64,000 nt of DNA, from the NCBI GenBank assembly GCA_963777605.1, contig CAVZRV010000031.1, forward strand, positions 224,001 to 288,000, read 5' to 3'. This document shows positions 10,363 to 20,057 of this stretch, one piece after another. This DNA is from an uncultured Acidobacteriota bacterium (GTDB taxonomy: Bacteria > Acidobacteriota > UBA6911 > RPQK01 > JAPXNP01). The notes below the pieces were generated by a model. The model saw only the letters and a program-made list of their open reading frames with translations. It was not told the origin of the DNA and made no database searches. Positions within the stretch are counted from its first letter, which is position 1. Every line of letters begins with the position of its first letter. Made by a program: the position numbers and the translations under genes.

Positions 10363-11877
10363 ATGAACTGGAAGCGGATCTTCATCACTTTCCTTCGGGT
10401 CGCAATCGGCTGGCACTTCCTCTACGAAGGGGTTTCCAAGCTGATAGCCGACGGCTGGACCGCCCACGGCTACCTGGTCAACTCCTCGGGATTCCTGTCG
10501 GGCTTTTACCACTGGCTGGCCTCCTCGCCCGGAGCGATGAGTGTGGTCGATCCGTTGAATATCTACGGATTGATTTTGATCGGCCTCGCCCTGTTCCTCG
10601 GCGTGTTTATCCGCCCGGCAGCCGTCGCCGGGGTCCTGTTGTTAGGGTTGTACTACTTCGCCTACCCTCCATTCAGCGGGTCATGGTTCGGATCGACAGA
10701 GGGGAACCTGTTCATTGTCAACAAGAGCTTCATTGAGGCTGCCGCCCTCATCCTCCTTCTCGCTATCGGGGAAAAGGGTTATGGTCTGCATGCCTTGAAG
10801 TCATTTATCTGGAAGCCCGGTGACGCAGGCCGGAACGAGGACGTCACCACCGGGTCCGCCAACTCGAGAAGAGAACTGATCAAAAATCTTGCCACCGTTC
10901 CGGCCCTCGGAATCGTCGGATGGGGCGCCTACCGCGAGCATCAGAAGTACGGAGTGGACACGCTTTCCGGAGCCACCATTCAGGTAGGCAGGGCCGATCT
11001 ATCCGAGTTGAAGGGAGAATTGCAGAAGGGGAAGATCGGGGATCACGAAATCAGCAGGCTGGTCCTCGGGGGAAACCTCATCGGCGGCTGGGCACATGCC
11101 CGTGACCTTATCTACGTCTCTTCCCTCTTCCGTGCCTACAACACGGAGCGGAAGATCTTCGAGACCCTGATGACAGCTGAAGCCGCCGGGATCAACACCA
11201 TTAACATCGGCTTTCCCTCGAACCCGGTGATCCAGAAGTACAAGAGAATTACCGGCAGCAAGATCAAGGTGATCTCCCAGGTCGCACCCGACCTGGAAAA
11301 AGGAGACTACTTCGTCAACATCGACCAGGCCATCGACTACGGAGTGGACATCGTCCAGATTCAGGGCAACCAGGTTGACTGGCTCGTGCGGGACAACCGA
11401 ATTGACGTCGTCGCAAAGATGATGGACAGGATTCAAACCCAGGGATATACCGCCGGGCTGGCGTCCCACACGGTGGATGCGCTGATCGCGTGCGAAGATG
11501 CGGGCATCGTGCCCGATTACTACATGAAGACCATGCACCACGACCGCTACTGGTCGGCCCACCCGATCGAAAACCGGGTTCCTTTCGAAGTGGACGGCAA
11601 GCAGTACCTTGATCACAACCGTTTCCACAACAACATCTTCTGCCTCTTCCCCGAGCGCACGGTCGAGTTCGTCCAAAGGGCGACGGTTCCCGTTATGGGG
11701 TTCAAGGTGCTGGCCGCGGGAGCTATTGCACCAGAGGATGGTTTCCGCTGGGCATTCGAGAGCGGTGCCGATTTCATCTGCGTGGGAATGTTCGATTTTC
11801 AGATCGTCAACGACGTCAACATTGCCCTCGATGTCCTGAACGAACTGCCGAGACGCGAGCGCCAATGGTACAGCTGA
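10363..11877 (+). CDS. DoxX/DoxD-family membrane domain fused to an aldo/keto-reductase-like domain
   Basis: N-term FLRVAIGWHFLYEGVSKL (DoxX signature) with about 4 TM segments. Internal SRRELIK Tat-like motif, then SRLVLGGNLIGGWAHARD, YYMKTMHH, GFKVLAAGAI, GADFICVGMFDFQ. Confidence 0.8.
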   Translation: MNWKRIFITFLRVAIGWHFLYEGVSKLIADGWTAHGYLVNSSGFLSGFYHWLASSPGAMSVVDPLNIYGLILIGLALFLGVFIRPAAVAGVLLLGLYYFAYPPFSGSWFGSTEGNLFIVNKSFIEAAALILLLAIGEKGYGLHALKSFIWKPGDAGRNEDVTTGSANSRRELIKNLATVPALGIVGWGAYREHQKYGVDTLSGATIQVGRADLSELKGELQKGKIGDHEISRLVLGGNLIGGWAHARDLIYVSSLFRAYNTERKIFETLMTAEAAGINTINIGFPSNPVIQKYKRITGSKIKVISQVAPDLEKGDYFVNIDQAIDYGVDIVQIQGNQVDWLVRDNRIDVVAKMMDRIQTQGYTAGLASHTVDALIACEDAGIVPDYYMKTMHHDRYWSAHPIENRVPFEVDGKQYLDHNRFHNNIFCLFPERTVEFVQRATVPVMGFKVLAAGAIAPEDGFRWAFESGADFICVGMFDFQIVNDVNIALDVLNELPRRERQWYS

Positions 11878-11883
11878 GATAGG

Positions 11884-11906
11884 GTAGGACATGCTTCCAG
11901 CTTGTC
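11884..11906 (+). repeat. REP-like GTAG-initiated short palindrome
   Basis: GTAG-GACATGCT-TCC-AGCTTGTC: GTAG tetranucleotide followed by an imperfect hairpin, just after a stop codon. Confidence 0.5.
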
Positions 11907-11930
11907 GCCGTGATCGAAGCCACCTAACCG

Positions 11931-12119
11931 GAGACCGGGAGGAAATCGAGAAGCGAGCATCGAGAATGGTTCTCGAATGACGAAAATCGGGTGCTCCTGA
12001 CACCATCGCGGCCTATCTCTGCAGGTGGGTTCATTCCCGATTGCTCCGCTTCTCGCTTCTCGCTTTGAACACAGTTTCAATCTTTGAATGATCCGCAAGC
12101 GCCCGGGGTCGGGCTGATC
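11931..12119 (-). repeat. Dispersed ~190-bp intergenic repeat, type B, copy 1 (inverted homolog of 26287-26488)
   Basis: aatcgagaagcgagcatcgagaatggtt.tcgaatgacgaa.a.cgggtg..ccatcgcggcc.atctc..gtgggttcatt matches the reverse complement of 26344-26488. 12072-12119 is the reverse complement of the shared core motif. Confidence 0.88.
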
Positions 12120-12131
12120 GGGAGAACAGGT

Positions 12132-13013
12132 ATGCCAAAACAACTCACAGCCATCGTCATTGCGGGCTTCGCCGTCCTGGGATGGGCTTTCGCGCAGCAA
12201 GATTTCTCGTCGGTTCAGATCACATCCCAGCGGGTCGCTGGGAACGTTTACATGTTGCAGGGATCGGGCGGCAACATCGGCGTTTCGGTTGGCCCCGACG
12301 GCGTGTTGATCGTTGACGACCAGTTTGCGCCGCTTGCCGACAAGATCCGCGCGGCGTTGAAGGAACTCTCACCCGGCAAGCTGAAGTTCATTTTGAACAC
12401 CCACTTCCACGGCGATCACACGGGCGGAAATGTCGAGTTCGGACCGGAGGCTCCGATCATCGCCCAGACCAATGTGCGCAAGCGCCTGATGGGCGGCCAG
12501 GGGCTATCGGGCTCATCCGATGCTGTACCGGCAGAAGGCTGGCCGGTGATCACCTTTGACGAGTCGCTCTCGGTCCACTTCAATGGCGAAGAAATCCAGG
12601 TCGTTCACCTTCCGCACGGGCACACCGACGGTGACGCTGTCATCCGGTTCACGAAGTCGAACGTCGTCCACACGGGAGACCTCTTCTTCAACGGAGGCTT
12701 CCCTTTCGTGGACCTCGAGCACGGGGGCGATGTTCCCGGTCTGATCCGTAACATCGCCCAGGTCCTGGAGACGCTCTCCGGCGACGTCCGCATCATTCCC
12801 GGTCACGGCAGCCTGGCGACCGTGGACGACCTGAAGATCTACTACGGGATGCTGGTCGAAACCACGGAAATCGTCCGCAAGCGGATGCAGTCCGGACAGG
12901 GCCTCGACGCGGTCAAGGCGGTCGGCCTGCCCGAAGAGTGGCAATCCTGGGGAACCGGGTTTATTTCAACGGATCGCTGGATCGAGACGATTTACCGTTC
13001 GCTTTTGAGGTAG
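12132..13013 (+). CDS. Secreted MBL-fold metallo-hydrolase (cyclase-like)
   Basis: Signal peptide, NTHFHGDHTGGN (HxHxDH), GHTDGD, HTGDLFF, IIPGHG. Confidence 0.92.
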   Translation: MPKQLTAIVIAGFAVLGWAFAQQDFSSVQITSQRVAGNVYMLQGSGGNIGVSVGPDGVLIVDDQFAPLADKIRAALKELSPGKLKFILNTHFHGDHTGGNVEFGPEAPIIAQTNVRKRLMGGQGLSGSSDAVPAEGWPVITFDESLSVHFNGEEIQVVHLPHGHTDGDAVIRFTKSNVVHTGDLFFNGGFPFVDLEHGGDVPGLIRNIAQVLETLSGDVRIIPGHGSLATVDDLKIYYGMLVETTEIVRKRMQSGQGLDAVKAVGLPEEWQSWGTGFISTDRWIETIYRSLLR

Positions 13014-13078
13014 CGACCCGTTCGGAGGGTCTAAAGACAGGCTTCCGCCGCTCACGCCTTGAAAGGAGGGTTCAGGAT

Positions 13079-15328
13079 TTGGCTCGCAGAATCAGGATCG
13101 CCATTGCCCGGTCTGCTAGTCATGAGCCATTTCGATCTGTATTCGGATTGCTTCGGACCCGGTTCTGGGTGCGGGAGTCAAGATCCTGGACCGGGAACAT
13201 CACAGCCGGGTCCTCGGAGAAACCCGCCACTACCGGATCTTCCTGCCTCCCGACTATGACTCGTCGCCGCAGAAGCGGTATCCGGTCATCTACTTCTTTC
13301 ACGGCTGGGGCGAGCGCTACAACCGGGGGCCAAACGAGGGAGCCGGCGCCTATGATTCCGGAAACGATTACGGCGGCGACAACCTCGCGGCCTTCGTCGA
13401 GAAGAACCCCGTGATCGTGGTGAAGTGGGACGGCTACAACCCGCGCACTCCGGGCGAAGACTACGTGCGTCCGTACAATATCGGACCGGTCGAGACTTAC
13501 CGACAGTTCCCGATTTACTTTCCCGAGTTCGTACAGTACATCGACGGCAATTACCGCACCATTGCGGACCGTGCCCACCGGGGGATTTCCGGTCTCTCGA
13601 TGGGCGGCTTCATGGCTTTCTGGGTAGGAGGGAAGTATCCGGACCTGGTGGGAAGCGTCTCGAATTTCATGGGGTCTCCCGAGTTCGTCGTCGGGCCGCG
13701 GGACTTCCCCACCGAGTATCTCCACACCGACATGTACTGCAACTACGAAGGCGTGCGCACCCGTCTGGTGATGGGATCGAGAGACTTCATCCGCTGGTAC
13801 CACGCCCGCATGAACCGGATCTGGGATGTCCTGCGCCCCAATTTCGAACACGAAATCTTCGACTGGGATCACGGCACTCCCGGCATGGACAAGCAGCTGC
13901 AGTTTCACCTGGACGCGTTCCAGGACCCCCTTCCCGAGCCGAGCCTGTGGCACCACATCGATGTCTATCCGACCTTCTCGGTCTGGGGATACTCGGTCTC
14001 GACCGATCGGCACCGCCCGGGATTCACGGTACTGGAGAATGTCACCCGGTCGGGTTTCCGCTGTTCGGTTCGGGAGTGGCTCCCCGACGGCCAGCGGATG
14101 CCCGACGTTCGCACTCAACATCGCGACCGCCCGGATCTACCGCCCATCCGTCGAGTACCAGATCGTCGACGTCAACCTCCACACCGGAACCATCCGCAGG
14201 GAGCGGCAACGTGCCGACCACGACGGACGGCTTCACATCCGGCTGGACGGCGATCTGCACGAGGTCGGCATCGTGGAGGAAGAGGGCCCGGTGCTCACCC
14301 TGGCCGATTTCAAGATCGCCGGTGCCGGCTGGGCCACTGCGGGAAGGCGGGTCAAGCTGGACCTTCACCTGCTCAACAAAGGGACGGTTCCGGCGAAACA
14401 GGTCACCCTCTCTTTGACGTCACCGAACGAGGGAGTCGCCATCTTCCCGGGAGAGACAGAGGTTGAACAACTGGTTCCGGGCCAGAGTCGGATCAGCCCG
14501 GATTTCAGTTTCGAAGTGAAAGACCGGATTCAGGCCGCTGCTGCGTTCGAGCTTCACTTGACAGACGCAACCGGGCGGAGCTGGCAGGTCCCGTTCGAGG
14601 TCATGCTCGTTCCTGAAGTCGAAGAACTCCGGGATGTGGAATTCGCTGACGGCCGGCGACTCAATGTCCAGGTTGGAGGCAACCAGGTCGAGGAGCGGAT
14701 GCTGGGTATCGGCAACGGCGACGGCCGGGTCAATCCCGGGGAATCGATCGTCGCGGTCGTCCGAGACCAGGGTGTCTTTCACCTCCTGTCCCTCCGCTCG
14801 GCCGACCGCTGCGTAAATCCGGCCGGGCTGAACCTTCGCTTTTCCGACTACTGGGGAAACTACGATCACGTCGGGGCCTCGGCCAAGTACTCGATGCCGA
14901 CCATTGCCGCAGACTGTCCAGCCGGTCACCGGATCGCCTTTTTCGCCGAATACCTCGTCCCGAACGCCCCGGAGCACACCCTGAATCAGGGCTTGGTAAC
15001 CGTTCCGGTCACCGGAGCCGACACCACTCCCCCGGCAGTCCGCTCGGCGGAACTGCTGCCGGGCAACCTGCTCGAAACCCAGCTCATCGAGGGCGGAGCG
15101 GTCAAATCGGCCCGCGCCACAATCACCCGAGTCTCCAATCCCACCTTCGCGGTCGAAGTCGAGTTGAATGACAAGGGCCTGAACGGCGACAAGGCGGCCG
15201 GAGACACCTGGTTCAGCGCGGTCGTACCGGAACTCCCCGAAGCAGACTATCGCGTTACGCTGGAGATGACCGACGATTCGGGAAACCGGACGATCGAGAT
15301 CCACGACCTGGTCAAGTCGGGGCCGTGA
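13079..15328 (+). CDS. Secreted alpha/beta-hydrolase (putative esterase) with C-terminal beta-sandwich domains, frameshifted near 13120 and 14110
   Basis: Frame upstream of 13411 reads ETRHYRIFLPPDYD..KRYPVIYFFHGWG. Nucleophile elbow GISGLSMGG. Continues in ORF 13826..15328 (GNGDGRVNPGE, ELNDKGLNGDKAAGDTWFSA). RBS AGGAGG precedes TTG at 13079 (start inferred). Confidence 0.7.
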
Positions 15329-15329
15329 C

Positions 15330-15535
15330 CATTTCAGGCCGGCAACACCCGGGGTATTTCGGCTCCAGCGCCGCCAAAGAGTAATCCAGGCTGCCGAGCC
15401 TGAGATGTACCCGCGGGCTTCCAGCCCGGCGGAACCGTCCTGCTTGCGGTTCGCCGGGCAAGGCTGCCCGGATTCCCTTGGATGCCGGGCAGGGCTGCCC
15501 GGCCGACATGCCAGGCAAGCTGCCTGGACTACTTG
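15330..15535. repeat. Composite palindromic repeat made of type-A terminal modules
   Basis: 15381 gtaatccagg..gcctgagatg is the inverse of the 61139-61166 module. 15484-15532 gccgggcagggctgcccggccgacatgccaggcaagctgcctggactac matches 6474-6522. Confidence 0.75.
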
Positions 15536-16282
15536 GGGGAAGTCGCGTTTTTGACAGCCCAGCAAGTGAAGTCTATCCCCTTTTCTTGCGATTTGAATCT
15601 TTCGCACTGGTCTTCTGGTGACCTGGGAGGTCCTCTGTCGGTCGAACTGAACGGCGAAATCGTCTCGGGCGAGACGGAGTTCACGATTCCCGGAGGATGC
15701 CGCCCGAACGGTTCTGTCTCAGGGCAGGCTCAAGCTGGGTATCGGAGCGCATCGAGCCCTCTTCCTGGACCAGTTTCAGTGGGCTCCCAGCATTGATTTC
15801 ACCGCGTTTGAAGGAACCCTTCGGGCCCGGGCAGACGGCCGAACCGCCGCCACCGTCCTGCAGTCCCGACCGGACAATTCGCCACCATGCCCGTGTCCCC
15901 CAAGCCCGCCGGATTGATTGCGCGAATTAAGATCTGAGCCAACGGCGCCCCTGTCCACACGGGGGGAAATCGAAAGAGTGCGACAGGTTACGGCGCACTG
16001 CACGCCACCGCCGATTTAAAGGGAGAGTAGGAGGTCCATGTGGAAACTTCAGATCATCATGGATTGCCCATCCTGGATCTTGCCTCAATCCGAACGGTTC
16101 CGGCCTCCGGCATCAGTGCTAAGTACATCCGAACGTCCGGCGCGGCGCTCGAGTAGGAAATGCAGGCTCTTCACGATCGCACCGTGAACAGCAGCCTCAA
16201 AGTCTCTGAGATCGCCCCGAACTCGATCCAAGCGAGGCCAGTTCATCCAGTTCATCCAAGGATGAAGCCTCAAGGCAGTCGT

Positions 16283-17384
16283 TCACATTTTCCAGCTCAA
16301 CAGCTCCCGGCCGTAGTCGAGCAGCGGCGGTTCTCCGAACCGATCTACGTAATCCTGGTTCACCCAACAGGTGACCGAAGTGATATTCCGGATTCCGACC
16401 TTCTTGAGGAATTCCAGGTCTTCGTGTAGCACCTCGGGATTCCATGGAGCCCGAACCCATCTCTCCTCCTTCGTCTTCCAGCCACTGGCCCGGTAAGAAT
16501 CAAACCAGTACTCGAAAACCTGGGCGCCCTCTGAACCGAAGATCTCGAGATTGGCATAGAGCTGGTCCACCAGCCGGCCATGTTCGCCGTCCTTTGCACT
16601 GCGATCCGTATAGGGCCGATCGTGGGTTCGTGTGATCGGAGCCCACTCCAGGAAGACTCCCGGATCCGGCTTCACCTGGCGAGGCGGAGCCAGGGTGTGG
16701 AACGTATGCCGGATGGCTGACGGTTGCGGTTGGGTTCTCACGCCGCAACGCCTTGACGATCGAATTCTGGACCATCAGGGTCTGGTCACTGGGCGAGTAA
16801 ATGCGGCATTTCGGGCAAAGAACACAGATTCTTGGCGTCATCCGAAATGTAGAGGTATCGCCCCGTGGTCGACCGGAGCAACTGCGACCACTTCAGCCGC
16901 ATTTTCGGTGACAATCCCAAGGGCACGTATCGAACTGACGCAGAAGTTGGAATCCGGGGTCCGCTCCGTCCCGGTTCATCCGGAACATTGACGGGTCCTT
17001 CGTGAAAAGGTCCCGGGGCAGAAGCGTGGAATAGGAGTGGAGCGAGTGTTCCACGTCCAGGCCGAACCGGGCACAATCCGCCTGAAAAACCTTGCCCTTC
17101 TCAGTGCCGAGAAAAGCCAGAATCTCCGCCGGGTCGTGATGCGTAGCAATCGTGTTCAACCCGGCGGCATGTGCCTTCGCCGGCCAGTCCCATCTGGCTA
17201 AATCCGTCGCCCAAACGGTCACTCCTCGCCGTTCGAAGTAGGGTGAAGTGCCGTTGTCTTGGGGACTCCCCCTGACCGATCGAGGCAACCCGAATGCTGC
17301 CAAGCCGGTGACCGCCAGGGTCCAGCCACCCAGAAACGAACGCCGGGAAGTAAGCCGCCGGAAATCTTGCCCGCCAAGGTCCAT
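16283..17384 (-). CDS. Tat-exported DUF4838-like protein, several frameshifts
   Basis: TSRRSFLGG Tat motif. WPAKAHAAGLNTIATH, VEHSLHS..LLPRDLF..PSMFRMN, CxCxxC (CSLPEMP/LCPKC across frames), FLEWAPITR, AQVFEYWFDS, GIRNITS spread over ORFs 16893..17417, 16500..16841 and 16283..16741. Confidence 0.65.
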
Positions 17385-17690
17385 CGCTCGAACCTCCCTT
17401 TCATCAGATCGTAACAACGCCGAGGCCCAGGAACAATGGTCAGATCAACCCAGGAGTGAATACGGCCACGAGAGAACTGAACATGGCGATCAGTTGGTGT
17501 TCAGAACCAAAACGAAGCGGTCAACACTCCCTTTGGCCAATGCCCAGCATCGCGGACTCCTTCGCGTGATCGGCAGGTGGGGGGCATCGCCGGCTCAGGG
17601 GTCTACGTTCCCACCACCGGCCCTGCCCCTTCTAAGGGGAAGTCCGCGTCCTGCACTGCGCAAGAGTCTGCTCCGAATTGTTGACCGCCG

Positions 17691-17855
17691 TCATCCTCTA
17701 GTATTCGGCGGTGGAGGCGGAGGCGGAGGACTCGGACAGCAGTCTTCCGTTTGAACCGTCGTATCTTGAGACTCCACTCCTGAGCCGGTTTGCGTATCCG
17801 TCGGAGCGACAGCCGACAATGCCATTAAGGTCACAACCAAAATCCACTCAACCAT
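17691..17855 (-). CDS. Small secreted Cys-Cys/poly-Pro peptide precursor (54 aa; absent from the supplied ORF track)
   Basis: Manual translation: MVEWILVVTLMALSAVAPTDTQTGSGVESQDTTVQTEDCCPSPPPPPPPPNTRG*. RBS-like AAAGGGAG about 6 nt upstream. Hydrophobic N-terminus ending in AVA. Confidence 0.72.
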   Translation of the reverse strand: MVEWILVVTLMALSAVAPTDTQTGSGVESQDTTVQTEDCCPSPPPPPPPPNTRG

Positions 17856-17924
17856 TTCTTACTCCCTTTCTTGTCCATCGGACCCACGCAGCCTAGACCC
17901 GGCCCACGGTTGGGACCAAAAATT

Positions 17925-17972
17925 TTCAGCAGGACCGAACACTTTGGCGTTCGAGTGTTCGGAAATTCCGAA
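17925..17972. promoter_or_regulatory. Paired palindromic operator TTCGG-N5-CCGAA (sites 17925-17939 and 17958-17972)
   Basis: TTCAG-caggA-CCGAA (one mismatch) and TTCGG-aaatt-CCGAA, 33 bp apart, in the divergent peptide/7TM intergenic region. Same architecture at 19903-19950. Confidence 0.7.
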
Positions 17973-18057
17973 AAGTGGTGACGAAAACGGAGTCCTTGAT
18001 CTAAGCTTGAGATCGCGAATAGACTTCAGGGGATGTCGCCGTCTGAAATCCCGACGT

Positions 18058-18771
18058 ATGTCAACACGGCTACTATTGGTGGTACTGGTCGTCCGGATCG
18101 TGCGCAAGAGATTGGCTGCCCGCTACCGGGTGTTTGTGGGTTATCTGGTGTTCGAGACGGTTTCAGTCCTGATCTCGGATTGGATCATCTTGGACTTCGG
18201 ATTGGAGTCGTCAGTGTACCGGGTTCACTACTACGCATACTCGACCCTGACCCCAGCATTGCAGATCTGGGTGCTCATCGACCTGGCCCGCCGGAACTTC
18301 AGGCTCGGCAGTGAGGCGCCCCACGCCACCAGTGTGCTCGCCGTGCTCTCGCTCCTGGTGGGGCTTCCGGTGTTCGTTTTCGTAGGGTTCTTACCAGTCT
18401 ACGGCTATGACCGGGTTCAGGCGATCAGCCTGGTTTTTCAAATGGTTCTGACCCTGCTGATCTACCTCTACCTGCTGGAACGACGGGACATCGACCCGGG
18501 AAAGAACCTCAAGGCTATTCTGGGCGGGATGACCCTGATGGTCACCTGCCAGTCGTTGAATTTCCTGAGCTATTTCCAGGACCGAATCGGATTTGAGTTT
18601 TTCCAGTTCGGGGTTCCGGCTATCTACGGCGTGGCCCTGCTGATCTTCACAGCCGGCCTTTGGAACTACGCACCGGCAAGCGCGTCGGCGGAACAGCGCA
18701 CGCTGAACCTGGGATTGCAGCGGAGCGTCCGTTTGATGCTGCACCTTCTCTACGAGAGGCCATCCAGCTAA
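18058..18771 (+). CDS. Predicted 7-transmembrane membrane protein (candidate peptide receptor)
   Basis: Seven hydrophobic segments (LLLVVLVVRIV; VFVGYLVFETVSVLI; YYAYSTLTPALQIWVLI; VLAVLSLLVGLPVFVFVGFL; AISLVFQMVLTLLIYLYLL; AILGGMTLMVTCQSLNFLSYF; FGVPAIYGVALLIFTAGLW). True start may be ATG 18033 with a frameshift. Confidence 0.75.
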   Translation: MSTRLLLVVLVVRIVRKRLAARYRVFVGYLVFETVSVLISDWIILDFGLESSVYRVHYYAYSTLTPALQIWVLIDLARRNFRLGSEAPHATSVLAVLSLLVGLPVFVFVGFLPVYGYDRVQAISLVFQMVLTLLIYLYLLERRDIDPGKNLKAILGGMTLMVTCQSLNFLSYFQDRIGFEFFQFGVPAIYGVALLIFTAGLWNYAPASASAEQRTLNLGLQRSVRLMLHLLYERPSS

Positions 18772-19200
18772 TGAGATTCGATGACTACATTGAGATCTAC
18801 TTCCTGGGACTGGTCGTCTGCGTGGCCATCGTTGCGGCATACTACCACCTGGCCCGGATCGAGGTCCGGGAATCGGATCGCGAGAAGCTCAGCGAGGCCA
18901 ACCTCAACCTGGAAGTGATCCTGATCATGCTGGAAGCGCCCGACACGCAGTACCTGATGTCAAGATCGGGCAAAGGAAAGTTCCTCTTCACGGAGTATTC
19001 CCGCTCGCTCAGGGCAGACGTCCTGGGGCTCATCCGGACACGGGAATTGGGTCTGAAGTCCTACGGGCTGATTGCCGCCTTTTACGTTGCCTACTGGGTC
19101 ATGTCCTGGAAGAGCAAGCTCTCGGCCAGCCTCAACGACATTCGCGGTGCTCTCCGCGCTGGAACTCAGGCTGGTCCGCGCTCTAGTCGTTCTGAGTCCT
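18771..19200 (+). CDS. Small membrane protein translationally coupled to the 7TM gene (about 140 aa; 3' end probably frameshifted)
   Basis: TAATG stop/start overlap at 18769-18773. MRFDDYIEIYFLGLVVCVAIVAAYY N-terminal TM and a second hydrophobic segment YGLIAAFYVAYWVM. The ORF-track extension to 19604 overlaps the convergent regulator and is probably an indel artefact. Confidence 0.65.
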
Positions 19201-19762
19201 CAGCAGAACAGCGCACACCAGTTGACGAGGTAGTGCTGAACCAGCTTCTCCACGAAACTCGGGCACCCTTCCGCCTTGAGGAAGAAATGGTAGGTGGTGT
19301 TGAGGAAATCCTGGTGCCACCACATCCCCTGGTTGGGCGGGTCTCCGTTTTCCAGGCGGACGAGGCATCGATCGAGCAGGAAGTCGCTCAGGTTCTGATA
19401 CATCACGATCCGGCACGATCGGCCCCGGGCCTCGAACAACGCGCCTCCTTCAGCCTGGGACAGGCGAATGACCTCTCCCAGCCGAAACTCCTGGAGCCGC
19501 CTCAAGTAGAGGAGTTCGTTGTCCTCGGCGCGGGTACCCGACACCTCCAACGGCCAAACCGCCGTGATGTCGATCTCGAGCGCTGCCAGCACCCTGAACA
19601 GTGACTCCAGGTTCAAACGGTATGCACGGCTTCCATTGACCCATAAGAACTCGTATGAATGCCGGCTCGCTCCGCAATTTCTCTCACACCGACGTTCTTG
19701 GAGAGCCGCAGTCGTCGAAGCCGCTGTCTGACAAAATCGTTCACCGATAGCCCGGAAAGCAT
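19200..19762 (-). CDS. XRE/Cro-CI family HTH transcriptional regulator with a ~120-aa C-terminal domain, frameshift near 19620
   Basis: FVRQRLRRLRLSKNVGVREIAERAGIHTSSYGSMEA joined to LNLESLFRVLAALEIDITAVWP gives a complete HTH_3-type domain. RBS GGGGGA upstream. Confidence 0.78.
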
Positions 19763-19902
19763 GATTTCCCCCCTTGTGACACTGTGCGGAGAAACGTTAT
19801 CGGCGGCTTCGCTCGCTGTCAATACCCAGCAACGACACTTCGCCGATAATCCGGGTGACCATCCTCGATGGACCTCGGAAATGCTTCAAATTCGCTCGCC
19901 TG

Positions 19903-19950
19903 TTCGGACATTCCGAACACTGTAGGCCCGGCGTGTTCGGGTATGCCGAA
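19903..19950. promoter_or_regulatory. Paired palindromic operator TTCGG-N5-CCGAA (sites 19903-19917 and 19936-19950)
   Basis: TTCGG-acatt-CCGAA and TTCGG-gtatg-CCGAA, 33 bp apart, between the divergent XRE gene and hybrid kinase gene. Confidence 0.72.
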
Positions 19951-20057
19951 TTGTCATCCGGTTAAAGGCCATCCTCGGTTAGAGTTCCTTTGAGGCGAAT
20001 GGTTTTCGAAAACATGGACGTTCAATTCGGCGAATTGCTGCTCATGGAGGAAAGCGC

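Noticed and set aside
16038-16187. 49-aa ORF (MWKLQIIMDCPSW...) with AGGAGG RBS
   Set aside because: No motif, signal peptide or context to support it; cannot be distinguished from chance.
19200-19604. C-terminal extension of ORF 18660..19604
   Set aside because: Antisense to the XRE gene; most likely read-through from an indel near 19145.
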